This document shows, one piece after another, positions 49,509-60,230 of a DNA stretch of 64,000 nucleotides. A model generated the notes under the pieces. That model ran no database searches and was not told where the DNA came from. It saw only the letters and a program-made list of their open reading frames with translations. Both the position numbers and the translations under genes were made by a program. Where the stretch lies: IMG/VR virus record IMGVR_UViG_3300024518_002836, positions 4,076 through 68,075 of that record; one strand, 5' to 3'. The first letter of the stretch is position 1. Each line of letters starts with the position of its first letter. The stretch comes from a virus.

Positions 49509-49886
49509 ATGAATAGAATGATGAATGAACAGACAGAAAAAAGAACACTTGAATTTAATTGTATCAGAGTTTATGATTTAAGAAGACTAACTGCAAATCC
49601 AACCACAGATTCATATGTGGTTTCATATCATTTGCAGAAAAGAATTGATACACATACTTTATGTGGATATAAAACAGATACATGGAGAAAGACAGGTAAA
49701 TGGATTAATGCCAGTGAAGCCTTATTTGTGGATTCTCCTACGGAGAGAGACTCAATTTGTTTCAGATGTTTGAGACTTTGGGCAGTTAAAAATCGACTCC
49801 AATACCCTCGGCTATGGATGACTGGTCGAATTGAAAATGAAGAATATCGAAATGAACATTCAGGATTTCGAGTTAAAGAGAAGTGA
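49509..49886 (+). CDS. Hypothetical protein
   Basis: H..TLCG...CFRC Zn-like motif. Confidence 0.5.
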   Translation: MNRMMNEQTEKRTLEFNCIRVYDLRRLTANPTTDSYVVSYHLQKRIDTHTLCGYKTDTWRKTGKWINASEALFVDSPTERDSICFRCLRLWAVKNRLQYPRLWMTGRIENEEYRNEHSGFRVKEK

Positions 49887-49892
49887 TGATAA

Positions 49893-50141
49893 ATGAGAAG
49901 AATGAATAAAGAAACAGCAGGTGTATATGCAACATATAATTGCCAATTGTATTTTAATGTAGAAAATGTAGATAAAGAACAAGTAGTAGATTGGTGGATT
50001 AAGCATGGAACGATGTATTTGAAACTAAAAGACGATAGTGTTATTACTATTGGCGGTGGTGATATTGAAATAGATTACGGGTGGCCTATGTCTGAATGTG
50101 AATATGATATAGACTTTATCGAATTAGAGGTGCATGACTAA
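49893..50141 (+). CDS. Hypothetical protein
   Basis: Coupled ORF. Confidence 0.5.
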   Translation: MRRMNKETAGVYATYNCQLYFNVENVDKEQVVDWWIKHGTMYLKLKDDSVITIGGGDIEIDYGWPMSECEYDIDFIELEVHD

Positions 50142-50386
50142 TGAGCGTAGTAGAATTTAGAATAATTAATGATATGGGATTGCCTCCTATTGTTATAACC
50201 ATGAATGACGATGATGAGGTAAAAGTAGTATTAAATACTTATCACCGATTATGGCTTTCTTTGAATAGAAAACTTATTGGTGGAAGTGCAGAAGCATTGT
50301 TTGAAAAGATTGACATGATTTTATCTAGTTATCTAGAAGAACAATATCGCTTTGAAAAAGAGGATAGGGATTTTAATGAAGTGTAA
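50141..50386 (+). CDS. Hypothetical protein
   Basis: Coupled ORF with SD. Confidence 0.5.
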   Translation: MSVVEFRIINDMGLPPIVITMNDDDEVKVVLNTYHRLWLSLNRKLIGGSAEALFEKIDMILSSYLEEQYRFEKEDRDFNEV

Positions 50387-50771
50387 GGCTTGCGAAGGCG
50401 TAGGTTCATTTGAAGTCTTAGAAAAAGGTATCTCGTATAAGAATGCGTGTTATCTATGTGAAGGTGTAGGCGAAACTACTATTTGTAAAAAATGTAATGG
50501 TTTAGGAGAATTTATTTCTAATAATCGTTTTACTCCTTGTATGGCTTGCCGAGGCAACGGACACTCCCCAAAGATTGAATACGTGTGCCGACTATGCGAT
50601 AATACGCGAGTAGTATATGTTGATAATAAACTTCCGTGGGAAGAAGACGCTATATTGGAAAAAGAAATGTGTGATTGTTCAATTCAAGAACACATGATTG
50701 ATGAAAAAGGAAATAACACAAAGTATTTTTACGAAATACACAATGTAAGGAGGAATTATAATGGAGTTTGA
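50376..50771 (+). CDS. DnaJ-type CxxCxGxG zinc-finger protein
   Basis: Four CxxCxGxG repeats; no J domain. Confidence 0.65.
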   Translation: MKCKACEGVGSFEVLEKGISYKNACYLCEGVGETTICKKCNGLGEFISNNRFTPCMACRGNGHSPKIEYVCRLCDNTRVVYVDNKLPWEEDAILEKEMCDCSIQEHMIDEKGNNTKYFYEIHNVRRNYNGV

Positions 50772-52017
50772 AGAAGTATTACCTAGAAGGTCGTTGAAAG
50801 AAGGACGTTGGGATAAAATATTGAAAGCACGAATGATAGAGTTATCCGTAGCAGATAACTATGATGATTGTAAGCATGAATGGATTGTTACCGGCGAAAC
50901 TTGGTATATTCCTTTTGTTGAAGAAGCGGGTATGGTTTTACCTGATTATCATAATGTTCATGCTCATGAATGTCTTTGTGGTCATCCTATTGTTTGGCAT
51001 TTTGAGATTGAAAATACTGAGAATGGTCATAAGGATATTGTGGGTTCAGAACATATTGAATCATACATGGTCATTAGACATTTAGAGGCTAAGGGCATTG
51101 ACCCTACTACTATTACTGAAGACATGATTGATAAGTGGGTTTCAGAACAAATTAAATCTCTTAAGGCTAAATGGTGGTGGGACTTGCATGGTGAACAATT
51201 TGAAGAATGGTTTGCTCATATTTCTGATTTAGATTTGCGTGTGAATGTTAGGCCTAAAGGTCGTCGTTGGGACTATTCAACTCGTCAATATGAAAATGAA
51301 CACGTTATTCGTAAGCGAGCCGAAGGTAAGTTTGGACAACCCGGATATAAAATGGCTAGTATTGTTTGGCGATGGAATCATGAAGATAATACTCGGAATC
51401 AAAGAGATGGTCGAGGCTATCCTAATGAACGCTTGTGGAATGATTTACAAATGTTCTATATTACAGCACAGCGCCATATAACACGTCTTAATGAAGAGGA
51501 TGAAAAAAGAGCAGCCCGGCTTGAACTTCTTAAGGAGCAAGAGCGTATAAATGAACTTGCTAGACAAGAGAGATTAGAGGCTAGTCGAATCTTTAGAGAA
51601 GAGGCTCGACAAAGAAGAGAAAAGAACGATGCAAAGGAAGCAGAATTAGATGGGGCGCGTGAACAAAAGCGACTCAATCGAGCAATTGCTGCTAGAATTA
51701 ACAATGAAGGGGCAGACGAGAAGTTTTCCGATGCTTGTGAATACTATGACATTCCTACTTTCTCTGCTCAACTTGGTCATAATGATTGGGAGAGAACTTT
51801 TTTGTCTGATATGATTACACAACTTTCAGATGGAAAGGATTTGTCAGAAGCACAACTGAATCGGTTGCGAAAGATTGTAATTGATGAACCGTTACCTGCT
51901 ACTGATAAGCAGATTTGGTATATTAAGAAATTAGCAGTAGATGGATATACTCCCCCGGAGGGATTAACTCGGACTGAGGCTAGTATTCTAATTAATGAAT
52001 TAAAGGGGGGTGAATAA
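50761..52017 (+). CDS. Hypothetical protein (418 aa)
   Basis: CLCGHPI motif, coiled coil, C-terminal ATDKQ..YI..L...LTRTEAS.LI.EL module. Confidence 0.65.
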   Translation: MEFEEVLPRRSLKEGRWDKILKARMIELSVADNYDDCKHEWIVTGETWYIPFVEEAGMVLPDYHNVHAHECLCGHPIVWHFEIENTENGHKDIVGSEHIESYMVIRHLEAKGIDPTTITEDMIDKWVSEQIKSLKAKWWWDLHGEQFEEWFAHISDLDLRVNVRPKGRRWDYSTRQYENEHVIRKRAEGKFGQPGYKMASIVWRWNHEDNTRNQRDGRGYPNERLWNDLQMFYITAQRHITRLNEEDEKRAARLELLKEQERINELARQERLEASRIFREEARQRREKNDAKEAELDGAREQKRLNRAIAARINNEGADEKFSDACEYYDIPTFSAQLGHNDWERTFLSDMITQLSDGKDLSEAQLNRLRKIVIDEPLPATDKQIWYIKKLAVDGYTPPEGLTRTEASILINELKGGE

Positions 52018-52065
52018 TTATGTTTGGACTATGGACTTTATTAAAAGCTATTTTGAGTGTAATGG

Positions 52066-53259
52066 ATGACACAATTGGTGAGTAAGATGTTTTATGTTGT
52101 ATGGATATGTAAATCTGTGTCTTCTAATATGAAGAGTAAAAAGGCTTGTGGAAGGCATACTGTTGCTTATTCACTATTTAATCCTCTTTTAAATCCAAAG
52201 AAGATATTAAAGACTTGTGTTTGTGGAAAAAAGACTTCTGTGAGCGTGTTGAACAAAACTTTAGTCCCAATTATTTTTGAATCATCTAATGGTGCTAAAA
52301 AGTGGATGACTGAAGTAAATGAGTTTAATAATATTCTTCCAATGCAAAAAGTAAATCCTAATTACAATTATGTATGGAGATGTGTGCAATCGCCAAACGC
52401 ACGTATAACTGCTAAGAAAGGGTGTTTGAAGTATCAGTATGCAAAATCAGAGGAAAATCCTTTGCTGAAAACTGAAAGGACTGTGAAAAAATGTTGGTAT
52501 TGTAGTAAAAGGACCGTCATGAATATGAAAAGTGGGTCATTAATCCCAATGTTATTTGATAGTAGGCACCATGCTAAAAAATGGGTAAATACTATGAATT
52601 CATTAGAGGAAGTAGAAGAACCGATTGTCACAAATGAAACTATGGATATTCACACAGCAAAAATATATTCGGCTTTCGCTAGAGCAAATAAAAATAAAGA
52701 TGGTTGGGTGTTAAAGCGAAATATTAGGGATTTGGCATTTGTTTATGAAAACATGGCCCATGCGTCTTTTTATAGACATTGGAAAAAGATTAGTGACGAT
52801 TTTGATGTGATGAAAGATGGTAGAAATGTTCATATTAGAATGAAACGTATTAATACTGATGTTATGGTTTTGGAAAAAGATAATGAACATATTTCTAAGG
52901 AAGTATTAAAAATGATTAAAAAACTTAATAATGCAAAAAATGATAATTATGTGTTACGGAAACAAATAACAGAGTTAAAAGAAACAATAGACAAGTTAAA
53001 TATAGATTTGCTTGATAAAGAGGCGACTAAAGAACAATGGACACCATTAGTTACGCAAACAGTAGCCGAGAATCAAATGTTGCGTTTAAGGATAAATGAA
53101 TATGAAGCCCTCCTTAAACACTATGAACAGACTATGGCTGTGCTATTGGAGAGAATGATAACAGAACGGGGGGTCTTAAATACCCCTGTAACCACGGAAA
53201 ATCGCGCCGAAAGCGGGGGAATCGTGGAAAGGGCGACACAAAATGAGGTGAACAAATGA
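52066..53259 (+). CDS. Hypothetical protein with duplicated Cys domain and coiled coil
   Basis: Internal repeat YVVWIC...NPLL...LVPIIFES..GAKKW / YVWRC...NPLL...LIPMLFDS..HAKKW. Confidence 0.65.
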   Translation: MTQLVSKMFYVVWICKSVSSNMKSKKACGRHTVAYSLFNPLLNPKKILKTCVCGKKTSVSVLNKTLVPIIFESSNGAKKWMTEVNEFNNILPMQKVNPNYNYVWRCVQSPNARITAKKGCLKYQYAKSEENPLLKTERTVKKCWYCSKRTVMNMKSGSLIPMLFDSRHHAKKWVNTMNSLEEVEEPIVTNETMDIHTAKIYSAFARANKNKDGWVLKRNIRDLAFVYENMAHASFYRHWKKISDDFDVMKDGRNVHIRMKRINTDVMVLEKDNEHISKEVLKMIKKLNNAKNDNYVLRKQITELKETIDKLNIDLLDKEATKEQWTPLVTQTVAENQMLRLRINEYEALLKHYEQTMAVLLERMITERGVLNTPVTTENRAESGGIVERATQNEVNK

Positions 53260-53456
53260 AATTGAGAATTTTGAACGAAACCGGACATACTGAATTAGTA
53301 GTTAACACAAGCGAAGTAATTGACCAAATTAATGACCACCCGACACATTGGGTGTTTGTTGATGGCGAGATGGTTTCCCGTGAAACAGTTAATACTGTGA
53401 ATTGGGATGAAGTCGAGCAAGTAGATTTAACCCCCGCAATTGTTGGTGGGTATTAA
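53256..53456 (+). CDS. Ubiquitin-like (beta-grasp, SAMP/ThiS-type) protein precursor
   Basis: 66 aa; WVFVDGEMV and VDLTPAIVGG-Y C-terminal di-Gly; strong SD, own TATA-like box and terminator. Confidence 0.75.
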   Translation: MKLRILNETGHTELVVNTSEVIDQINDHPTHWVFVDGEMVSRETVNTVNWDEVEQVDLTPAIVGGY

Positions 53457-53469
53457 TCTATGATGTGGG

Positions 53470-53502
53470 GAGAGGACAGTTAATTCTGTCCTCTCTTCAT
53501 TT
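53470..53502 (+). terminator. Hairpin terminator after the Ubl gene
   Basis: GAGAGGACAG-TTAATT-CTGTCCTCTC followed by a pyrimidine tract. Confidence 0.55.
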
Positions 53503-53562
53503 CTAAATAAATGGACTACTCTTCGGGGTAATCCATGTATTTTAATTTAGAGAGGGGGAAAT

Positions 53563-53970
53563 TTGACAGAAAAATATAATTTTTTATCAATAGATGCTCT
53601 CGAAATGATTTTATCTCAATTGGGTTGGAATTATTCTAATTCTTTAAACGATATTATAGGTGAACATCAATCCTATTCTTTAAAGAGGATTCCATTCAGG
53701 GCGGATTTCTACCCACCCGGATGGAGATTAGCAGCATCTAAAAAAGCAATAATTATTTCTGATGGAGAAACAGAAATAGAATATAAAGGAGAACTATTTT
53801 ATTCTCCGTGGGAAATCTTTGACCGATTTGGTGAAGATTCCCTGTTAGATATTAACAATTGGAACTTCATTGTTGAACGTCAATGGTTAATTAGGAAATT
53901 AAATGGAGATTGGGTGAAATCATTCACGTTATTAACGGAATGCCCATTCAGAACAGTAATAAGGTGTTAA
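53563..53970 (+). CDS. Hypothetical protein
   Basis: TTG start with GAGGGG SD. Confidence 0.5.
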   Translation: MTEKYNFLSIDALEMILSQLGWNYSNSLNDIIGEHQSYSLKRIPFRADFYPPGWRLAASKKAIIISDGETEIEYKGELFYSPWEIFDRFGEDSLLDINNWNFIVERQWLIRKLNGDWVKSFTLLTECPFRTVIRC

Positions 53971-53972
53971 AA

Positions 53973-56132
53973 ATGTTACCAGATGAAAAACCGTGGGTGC
54001 AAAACCTACTACAACAACGATATTATCAAAAGGAAGAATCTACATGGCCGCAAATATGCCAACGTGTAGCGTCTTTAGGTAAAACGGCAGAAGATAAAGC
54101 AGCATTTTTTAATTATTTGCTACATTGTGATTTCCTACCTAATAGCCCGACATTGTTTAATGCGGGAACAGGTAAGGGAAATCTATCTGCGTGTTATGTA
54201 TTACCAATGAAAGATTCATTAGAAGAAATTTTTGATTCTACTAAAAATACCGCATTAATCCATAAATATGGTGGAGGAACTGGGTTTGATTTTAGTAGAA
54301 TTAGACCAGAAAATTCTCCGGTTGGTGGAACAAATCAAGTAGCATCAGGACCACTTTCATTTATGAGAGTTATTGATGCTAACACACAAGAAATCAAACA
54401 GGGAGGAAAGCGTCGTGGAGCAAATATGGCGGAATTACGTATTGACCATCCTGACATTATCAAATTCATTAAGATGAAGCATGAAGAAGGAACACTATCT
54501 AATTTTAATATTAGTGTGAGTGTTACTGATGAGTTTATGGAGCAATTTCAGAAATACCCTGATGACAATTTTGTTGCAAAGTGGAATGATGATTTTTTCC
54601 TCATTACTTTAGAAGACGATGAAGTTATTCCTGTTAGCCCTAGCACAGTTATAGAACAATCAGAAAAGACTAAGCATTATACCTATCGTCAAGTTTGGGA
54701 TTTGATTGCTCAATCAGCATGGGAATGTGCAGACCCCGGTATTATTTTCATTGATAGGATTAATGAGCAAATGCCAGCAAGTTACTTGGCTTGTGAAGAA
54801 TACCTAGAAGAAACTGGAGATGACTTAACTATACGCGCAACTAATCCTTGTGGTGAACAGCCACTTCCTGATTATGGTTCTTGTAATCTTGTTGCGCTAA
54901 ACATTGGTAATTTCGTTATTAAGGGCCAAATGGATTGGAAGGCTCTTCAAGAAGCAATTAAGTATGCTTATCGTTTAGGAGAAGCCGTGATTGATAGTAA
55001 TGTTTATCCTATTTCAGAAATCGAATCGCATAGTCGTGCGTATAGAAATATCGGAATCGGAGTTATGGGCTATGCTGATGCGTGTATTCTATTGGGTATG
55101 AAGTATGGTCAAGAAGACGCTTTGGCGTTTGGTGAAGAAGTAATGAAGTTCATCTATAAATGGACGTTTGTTGAGTCTGTTGATTATGCTGAAACATTTG
55201 GAGCATTCAAGGGTTGGGAATATGGAGACTATCGACCATTAATTGATAGAAGACAACTTCCACCGGAAACGCGAAAGAAGTATAAGGCAACAGGGATTAG
55301 AAACATTTGTTTGACTACTATTGCCCCAACAGGTAGTATTGGTTATATTGCAGATTGTTCCACCGGAATTGAGCCACATTTCGCGGCCCGCGTGTTCCGT
55401 ATTGACGAGTCAAACCCTGAAGGCACATGGATTACTACCCCTCTCGCGGCACAATACCCTGAAGTATTCGTTACAGCCCAAGATTTGCCCATTGATGAGC
55501 ATATTGCTACTCAAGCGACATTTCAAAAGTGGGTGGATTCGGGCATCAGCAAGACCATCAATATGGATAGTGAAGTTACTATTGAAGATGTTAAACGGGC
55601 ATATATGCTTGCTTGGGATGCTAATTGTAAAGGTGTGACTATTTATCGAGATGGGTCCAAATCTAAACAGGTGTTAAATACTAATGATAGTACATTTAAA
55701 CCAAAGGACTTAGATGATATTAGCGAGGCGGTTAGATTTAGATTACCTGCTGAGGGATTAGATGATGAGTTTATTTATATTACGGTGTCTCATAATAGTA
55801 ATCAACCTATTGAAATGTTTGTGAATTATCCTTACTTAAATAGGCCTTCAATCGAACACACTCAAAAGCGAGAACAATTAGATAGTATTTCTAGACTTAT
55901 TTCTGTTGGACTACGATACCATATTCCGTTAGATAAATTGATTGAACAATTAGAGAAATCAAAGGGTTCTATGCGTGGAACAGTAGCACAGATTTCAAAT
56001 GTATTAAAAGAATTCGCATCAAGAAGTGACGACCCGTATACTGAAAAATGTGTAGATTGTGATAATGGGAGTATGATATTTCAAGGTGGTTGTGCGACCT
56101 GTAATGAATGTGGACATTCTGAGTGTGGTTGA
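53973..56132 (+). CDS. nrdJ: Class II (B12-dependent) ribonucleotide reductase
   Basis: FLPNSPTLFNAG, SACYV, GGGTGFDFS, GGKRRGANM, ATNPCGEQPL, TIAPTG; C-terminal TSCPD-like domain and Zn ribbon; no NrdB in the window. Confidence 0.92.
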   Translation: MLPDEKPWVQNLLQQRYYQKEESTWPQICQRVASLGKTAEDKAAFFNYLLHCDFLPNSPTLFNAGTGKGNLSACYVLPMKDSLEEIFDSTKNTALIHKYGGGTGFDFSRIRPENSPVGGTNQVASGPLSFMRVIDANTQEIKQGGKRRGANMAELRIDHPDIIKFIKMKHEEGTLSNFNISVSVTDEFMEQFQKYPDDNFVAKWNDDFFLITLEDDEVIPVSPSTVIEQSEKTKHYTYRQVWDLIAQSAWECADPGIIFIDRINEQMPASYLACEEYLEETGDDLTIRATNPCGEQPLPDYGSCNLVALNIGNFVIKGQMDWKALQEAIKYAYRLGEAVIDSNVYPISEIESHSRAYRNIGIGVMGYADACILLGMKYGQEDALAFGEEVMKFIYKWTFVESVDYAETFGAFKGWEYGDYRPLIDRRQLPPETRKKYKATGIRNICLTTIAPTGSIGYIADCSTGIEPHFAARVFRIDESNPEGTWITTPLAAQYPEVFVTAQDLPIDEHIATQATFQKWVDSGISKTINMDSEVTIEDVKRAYMLAWDANCKGVTIYRDGSKSKQVLNTNDSTFKPKDLDDISEAVRFRLPAEGLDDEFIYITVSHNSNQPIEMFVNYPYLNRPSIEHTQKREQLDSISRLISVGLRYHIPLDKLIEQLEKSKGSMRGTVAQISNVLKEFASRSDDPYTEKCVDCDNGSMIFQGGCATCNECGHSECG

Positions 56133-56133
56133 T

Positions 56134-56418
56134 ATGTGGTGGGATAATAAATTTAAAGATTGGGCTAAGTTTGAAGAAACCATTGAAGAAATGGTTAAAG
56201 AAAATAAATATATTGATGGACAATTTGTATTAGATGTTATGGATAAAAGCATGGATATTGTTGATTGGAAAGATAGAATAGATTTCGTATTAACTAGAAC
56301 TTTTAATGGGTTCAAACACCCATCAGGAAAATTTGCATATACGCATTTTATCACAACAGCAAATGCGATAGAAGATAGATTAGATTATTATAGAAAAAAC
56401 TCGGAGGAAGAAGAATGA
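56134..56418 (+). CDS. Hypothetical protein
   Basis: Coupled ORF. Confidence 0.5.
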   Translation: MWWDNKFKDWAKFEETIEEMVKENKYIDGQFVLDVMDKSMDIVDWKDRIDFVLTRTFNGFKHPSGKFAYTHFITTANAIEDRLDYYRKNSEEEE

Positions 56419-56744
56419 ATTTTGAAGGTTATAAAGAATTAACAGAAATGAATAAAGGACAAATGGTTGACTTTTTTAAAGACCAACTGTGTCCAAGTAG
56501 AGTGCGTGGTGCTAATAAAATTATAACAGCCACTAATACAGTAAAAAGAACTGGCATCGACAGCAAATCAATTGATTATGAGTTATTAACAACTTATTCT
56601 CAATCAACAATAGGGACTAATATGAGTCTACATCGGCCTGTAATTGGTGATACTGAATATACATGGGGAGAATTGAAAAAACATCCTGCGGATTTATTAC
56701 GAGTAATGATTTATCAATATCTTAAACAACAGGAGGCAAAGTAA
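56415..56744 (+). CDS. Hypothetical protein
   Basis: ATGA-coupled ORF. Confidence 0.5.
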   Translation: MNFEGYKELTEMNKGQMVDFFKDQLCPSRVRGANKIITATNTVKRTGIDSKSIDYELLTTYSQSTIGTNMSLHRPVIGDTEYTWGELKKHPADLLRVMIYQYLKQQEAK

Positions 56745-57074
56745 TGGAAACTTTTAGATACAGAATTACCTTTTTACGCAGTAGTGGTAGCGTTTGGGTT
56801 CAAGATTATGATAGCCCAGAAGCAATCGCTAGAGACATTGAATCACACATTGAGGAATACCCTCATATCATTGTTTCAAAACAGCGTATCATAAAGGATG
56901 ATTAAAATGAGTAAAGACCCTGATTATGTAAAGAGCAGACGCTCCTATATGAAAAGAATTGCTACTAGATGTAGGCTTTGTGGTAAGCAATTGCTTGACC
57001 CTATGGAAGCAAGAAAAGAAGTGCACGAAGGGTGTATTAAACAATATAAGCGTAACAGTTATGGAGTGAAATAA

Positions 57075-58319
57075 ATGACATATGAACGATTAGACATTTT
57101 TACACCAGATGATTCTGGAAGAAGTTATTCTACCTTTGTTGGAGTAGATGGAGAAAATATGATATGGCAAGAACCACTTCGAGGATATCGACATCAACAA
57201 CAATCAAATGGTATTCGGCCTAACTATTATAGAAATGAACATGAACCTACTATTAAAGCAATCAAAATTTGGCTTCAAGGTTATTTGGGTTGGGGCAAGA
57301 GTGGCCGGGAACAATTTAATGGTTTCTTTATTATTTCTAAGGGTATGGATAAAGCCCAAATTCATTGTTCAAAAATTGGAAATAAATATATGATTCAAGG
57401 GATGGTGACTACTAAAGATACTGCGATTACTGCAATTGCTCGGACTGTTTATCGTTCTTGTTTTGAAACTGATACTGCTAAATTAGAAAGGTATTGTTTC
57501 AATAATATCCTTTTACCTGAAAATGTTTCATACGCTCTAGAAAATAGAGCGCCGTATCATTGGTATAATAAGGGTATTAAAATTGATGTTCGATTTAATG
57601 TCAGAATGATTGCCGCAGATGAGTGCGCAATTGAAATTTCAGATGGTATTTGGGCTCCAATTTCAGTAAAGAAAATGAATACATATATGAATTATTATTG
57701 GAAGGGGCAGAAATCTTCGTCTTGGTTTAAGGCGAGATTGACGCCAAAGAAATTATGGGAAAAATTATTGCATAATGAACCGACTAAAGGCCAAACGAAA
57801 ATGATGATTGCTTTTCTAGAACAGAACAGAACAGATGCTCTTGTTCAGAAGAGGGCATATGCATTGGTTAATGATTTAGAAAAACAATATCCTGATAGAA
57901 TTAAAGTCTTTTGGGATGAAGAAACTGGAAAGCTAGTTAAGGCTATGTTGATTAAAGGTAAAATTGCTGATTGGTTAATTACTGATAATAAGTATAAATC
58001 TAATATTCAGGCAGTATCAACCTATGTCTATTTGAAACAGAATATTGATGGTATGAAAAAACATACAAGCGGTGTTTTTGCAGGTGGTATATTGAAGGGA
58101 CCAATTTGTATTGATAATATGACGAAGAATTCTTCAATTGGTGACCAATTTGCAGCAAGAGCAATGGCTTTATTAAATGATAAAATTACAATAACATTAG
58201 TTAGCACCATTAATCATTATCTATCAGATGTTCATTTTGATGGTCAATATGAACATAGGATAAATTTTGGAGAAGTGAAATATGATGAAATTGATAAAGT
58301 GTGTAACAATAATAGTTGA
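57075..58319 (+). CDS. Hypothetical protein (414 aa)
   Basis: Long ORF; C-terminal GPICIDN...GDQFAARAMALLND. Confidence 0.65.
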   Translation: MTYERLDIFTPDDSGRSYSTFVGVDGENMIWQEPLRGYRHQQQSNGIRPNYYRNEHEPTIKAIKIWLQGYLGWGKSGREQFNGFFIISKGMDKAQIHCSKIGNKYMIQGMVTTKDTAITAIARTVYRSCFETDTAKLERYCFNNILLPENVSYALENRAPYHWYNKGIKIDVRFNVRMIAADECAIEISDGIWAPISVKKMNTYMNYYWKGQKSSSWFKARLTPKKLWEKLLHNEPTKGQTKMMIAFLEQNRTDALVQKRAYALVNDLEKQYPDRIKVFWDEETGKLVKAMLIKGKIADWLITDNKYKSNIQAVSTYVYLKQNIDGMKKHTSGVFAGGILKGPICIDNMTKNSSIGDQFAARAMALLNDKITITLVSTINHYLSDVHFDGQYEHRINFGEVKYDEIDKVCNNNS

Positions 58320-58433
58320 AACTGATTCCCAAGACATTTGGGATGATTCTCTTAAAGATATGAAAGATATGATTAAATTAATGACTAATATTACAAGAAG
58401 GATTAAAATTATAAACATTGAGGATGTAAAAAA

Positions 58434-59390
58434 ATGACAGAAGTAGAAGACATAATAAAATGCACAGAATGTGCAAGTAGAAATTTAATTATTGACGATT
58501 TTCGTGGAGAATTATATTGTTATGATTGTGGAGTAGTATTAGATGAAGATATTATTGAGACTACTTCGGCCGGGAGACAAAAACCGGGCGACCCACAATC
58601 TGAATTAAGTCATGAAAGAAATAGAGAAGGTTTTATTCTAGGTAGTACGGTTGGATATAGAAACCATGATGGTTCTAGCAATAATACTAAAATTGCTCGT
58701 TCTCTTAGACGAATGGATAAACGTGTGAAATTAACTGCTCAAGAACGTAATCAACAACGGGGATTAGTTTTATGTAATATGCTTGCTTCTGAATTTGAGA
58801 CTAGCCATAATTTTAAAGAACAAGTATCTTGGAACTATAAAAAGATTCAAGTGGGTCAGGTGTTAAATGGTATGTCTTTAGAAATTAGAGCGGCTGCTAT
58901 TGTGTACTATACGTTTAAGGATAATGGCATATCTAGAACTATTAATGAAGTGTGTTCTAAAAATAGTGCGCATCCAAGACAAGTAGCAAAATCTGCTAGA
59001 AAGATTGCATCATTTTTTAGAAAACCTTGGGTCTTATCACAAAAAAACATTGCGGTAGAAATTGAAAAGTATTGTAGTTTGTTGGGTGTTCATAGAGATT
59101 ATACTAATGCCGCAATTAAAATTGGAATAAAGATGCACCAAATGGCAGAAGAAAGATTTATTACTGCTAACGTTGGATTTACAGCAGCCTGTATTTATTT
59201 AGCGGGGCGTTTAATGCCTCATGTTTCTATTAGAACTCAAATTGAAATTTCAACAGTCTGTAATATCACGGAAGTGACATTGAGAAATAATATGTTGAAT
59301 TTATTAAAAATGATTAATTTAACTAGAGACGATTTAGAGGGATTAACAGTAGATAGTTTATTGGAAGGAGCGTATAAAAATGAAGAATGA
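58434..59390 (+). CDS. tfb: Transcription initiation factor IIB (TFB) homologue
   Basis: Zn ribbon CTEC...GELYCYDCGVVL, two cyclin repeats (AAAIVY; TAACIYLA..RTQIEISTVCNITEVTLRN). Confidence 0.88.
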   Translation: MTEVEDIIKCTECASRNLIIDDFRGELYCYDCGVVLDEDIIETTSAGRQKPGDPQSELSHERNREGFILGSTVGYRNHDGSSNNTKIARSLRRMDKRVKLTAQERNQQRGLVLCNMLASEFETSHNFKEQVSWNYKKIQVGQVLNGMSLEIRAAAIVYYTFKDNGISRTINEVCSKNSAHPRQVAKSARKIASFFRKPWVLSQKNIAVEIEKYCSLLGVHRDYTNAAIKIGIKMHQMAEERFITANVGFTAACIYLAGRLMPHVSIRTQIEISTVCNITEVTLRNNMLNLLKMINLTRDDLEGLTVDSLLEGAYKNEE

Positions 59391-59946
59391 GAGAAATATA
59401 TTAATTATTGGAGCAGGTGGAATTGGAGGATATTTGATTCCACTATTAGATAAAACTGGGTTATATACGATGACAGTATCTGACCCTGACATTGTTGAAA
59501 AGAAAAATTTAACCTATCAAAACTTTCGCACTAAAGAGGTGGGAATGAATAAGGCGTCGGTTATGGATTGGAATTATGGTTCTGTTACAAGAGGAATAAC
59601 TTATCCTATTCTAACAAGTAAACAGATTCAGAATTATGATTTGATTATTTGCTGTGCAGATAATTTAGATGTGAGAAGAATGCTTTATCGCGATGATGTT
59701 AAATGGTTGGACCTGAGAGCGCAAGGTAGAAATTGTGCCTTCATTTCCTTTAGAGCAGATAAGATGAAGCATGATGTTTTGTTGGCCGGACCTGAAGGTT
59801 CATTTAGTTGTCAAGGCAATTCATGGGATGGTTCAACAGCCGCTCAACATTTTTCACATTTGATTGCAGCAGGAATGGGAGCAGAATGGATTCACCGGTA
59901 TTTCGCAGGTGATGATGTAGCAGATTTTAAGGTGGTGAATGTATGA
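59380..59946 (+). CDS. ThiF/MoeB/E1-like Ubl-activating enzyme
   Basis: IIGAGGIG, DPDIVEKKNLTYQNF, NKA, ICCADN..VRR; candidate catalytic Cys in SFSCQ. Confidence 0.85.
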   Translation: MKNERNILIIGAGGIGGYLIPLLDKTGLYTMTVSDPDIVEKKNLTYQNFRTKEVGMNKASVMDWNYGSVTRGITYPILTSKQIQNYDLIICCADNLDVRRMLYRDDVKWLDLRAQGRNCAFISFRADKMKHDVLLAGPEGSFSCQGNSWDGSTAAQHFSHLIAAGMGAEWIHRYFAGDDVADFKVVNV

Positions 59947-60230
59947 GTTGGAAAGATACTTATCCAGAATTTAACGAGGGAAAATTATTAGCCCTGATTG
60001 TTATATCAGCACAAGACTACAACGCCCAATCAACACTTAAAACGATGGTGGATGGTGGAAGAGAATGAGCGATAAAGAATGGAAACGTAGGAGGCAATAT
60101 CAATGATGGAAGAGACAAATATATTATTAGAGAAACTCAATACTTTAATTGAGAAAACTAATAGGATTATTATTACTGTTAATGTAGTGAATATTGTTAC
60201 GTTAATAGTATTACTTATGGTGGTGATGAG

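Noticed and set aside
53973-56132. Possible intein in NrdJ, TerL or the ligase
   Set aside because: No C/S...HN-C/S/T intein boundaries were seen, and core lengths are normal.
57075-58319. Possible E2 enzyme (GPICID Cys) completing the Ubl pathway
   Set aside because: No HPN-type motif or recognisable UBC pattern upstream of the Cys; cannot be supported without structure prediction.
59943-60068. Plus-strand mini-ORF starting MSWKDTYPE
   Set aside because: Lacks the [I/V]LK part of the tag and lies outside the late region; not counted as tagged.
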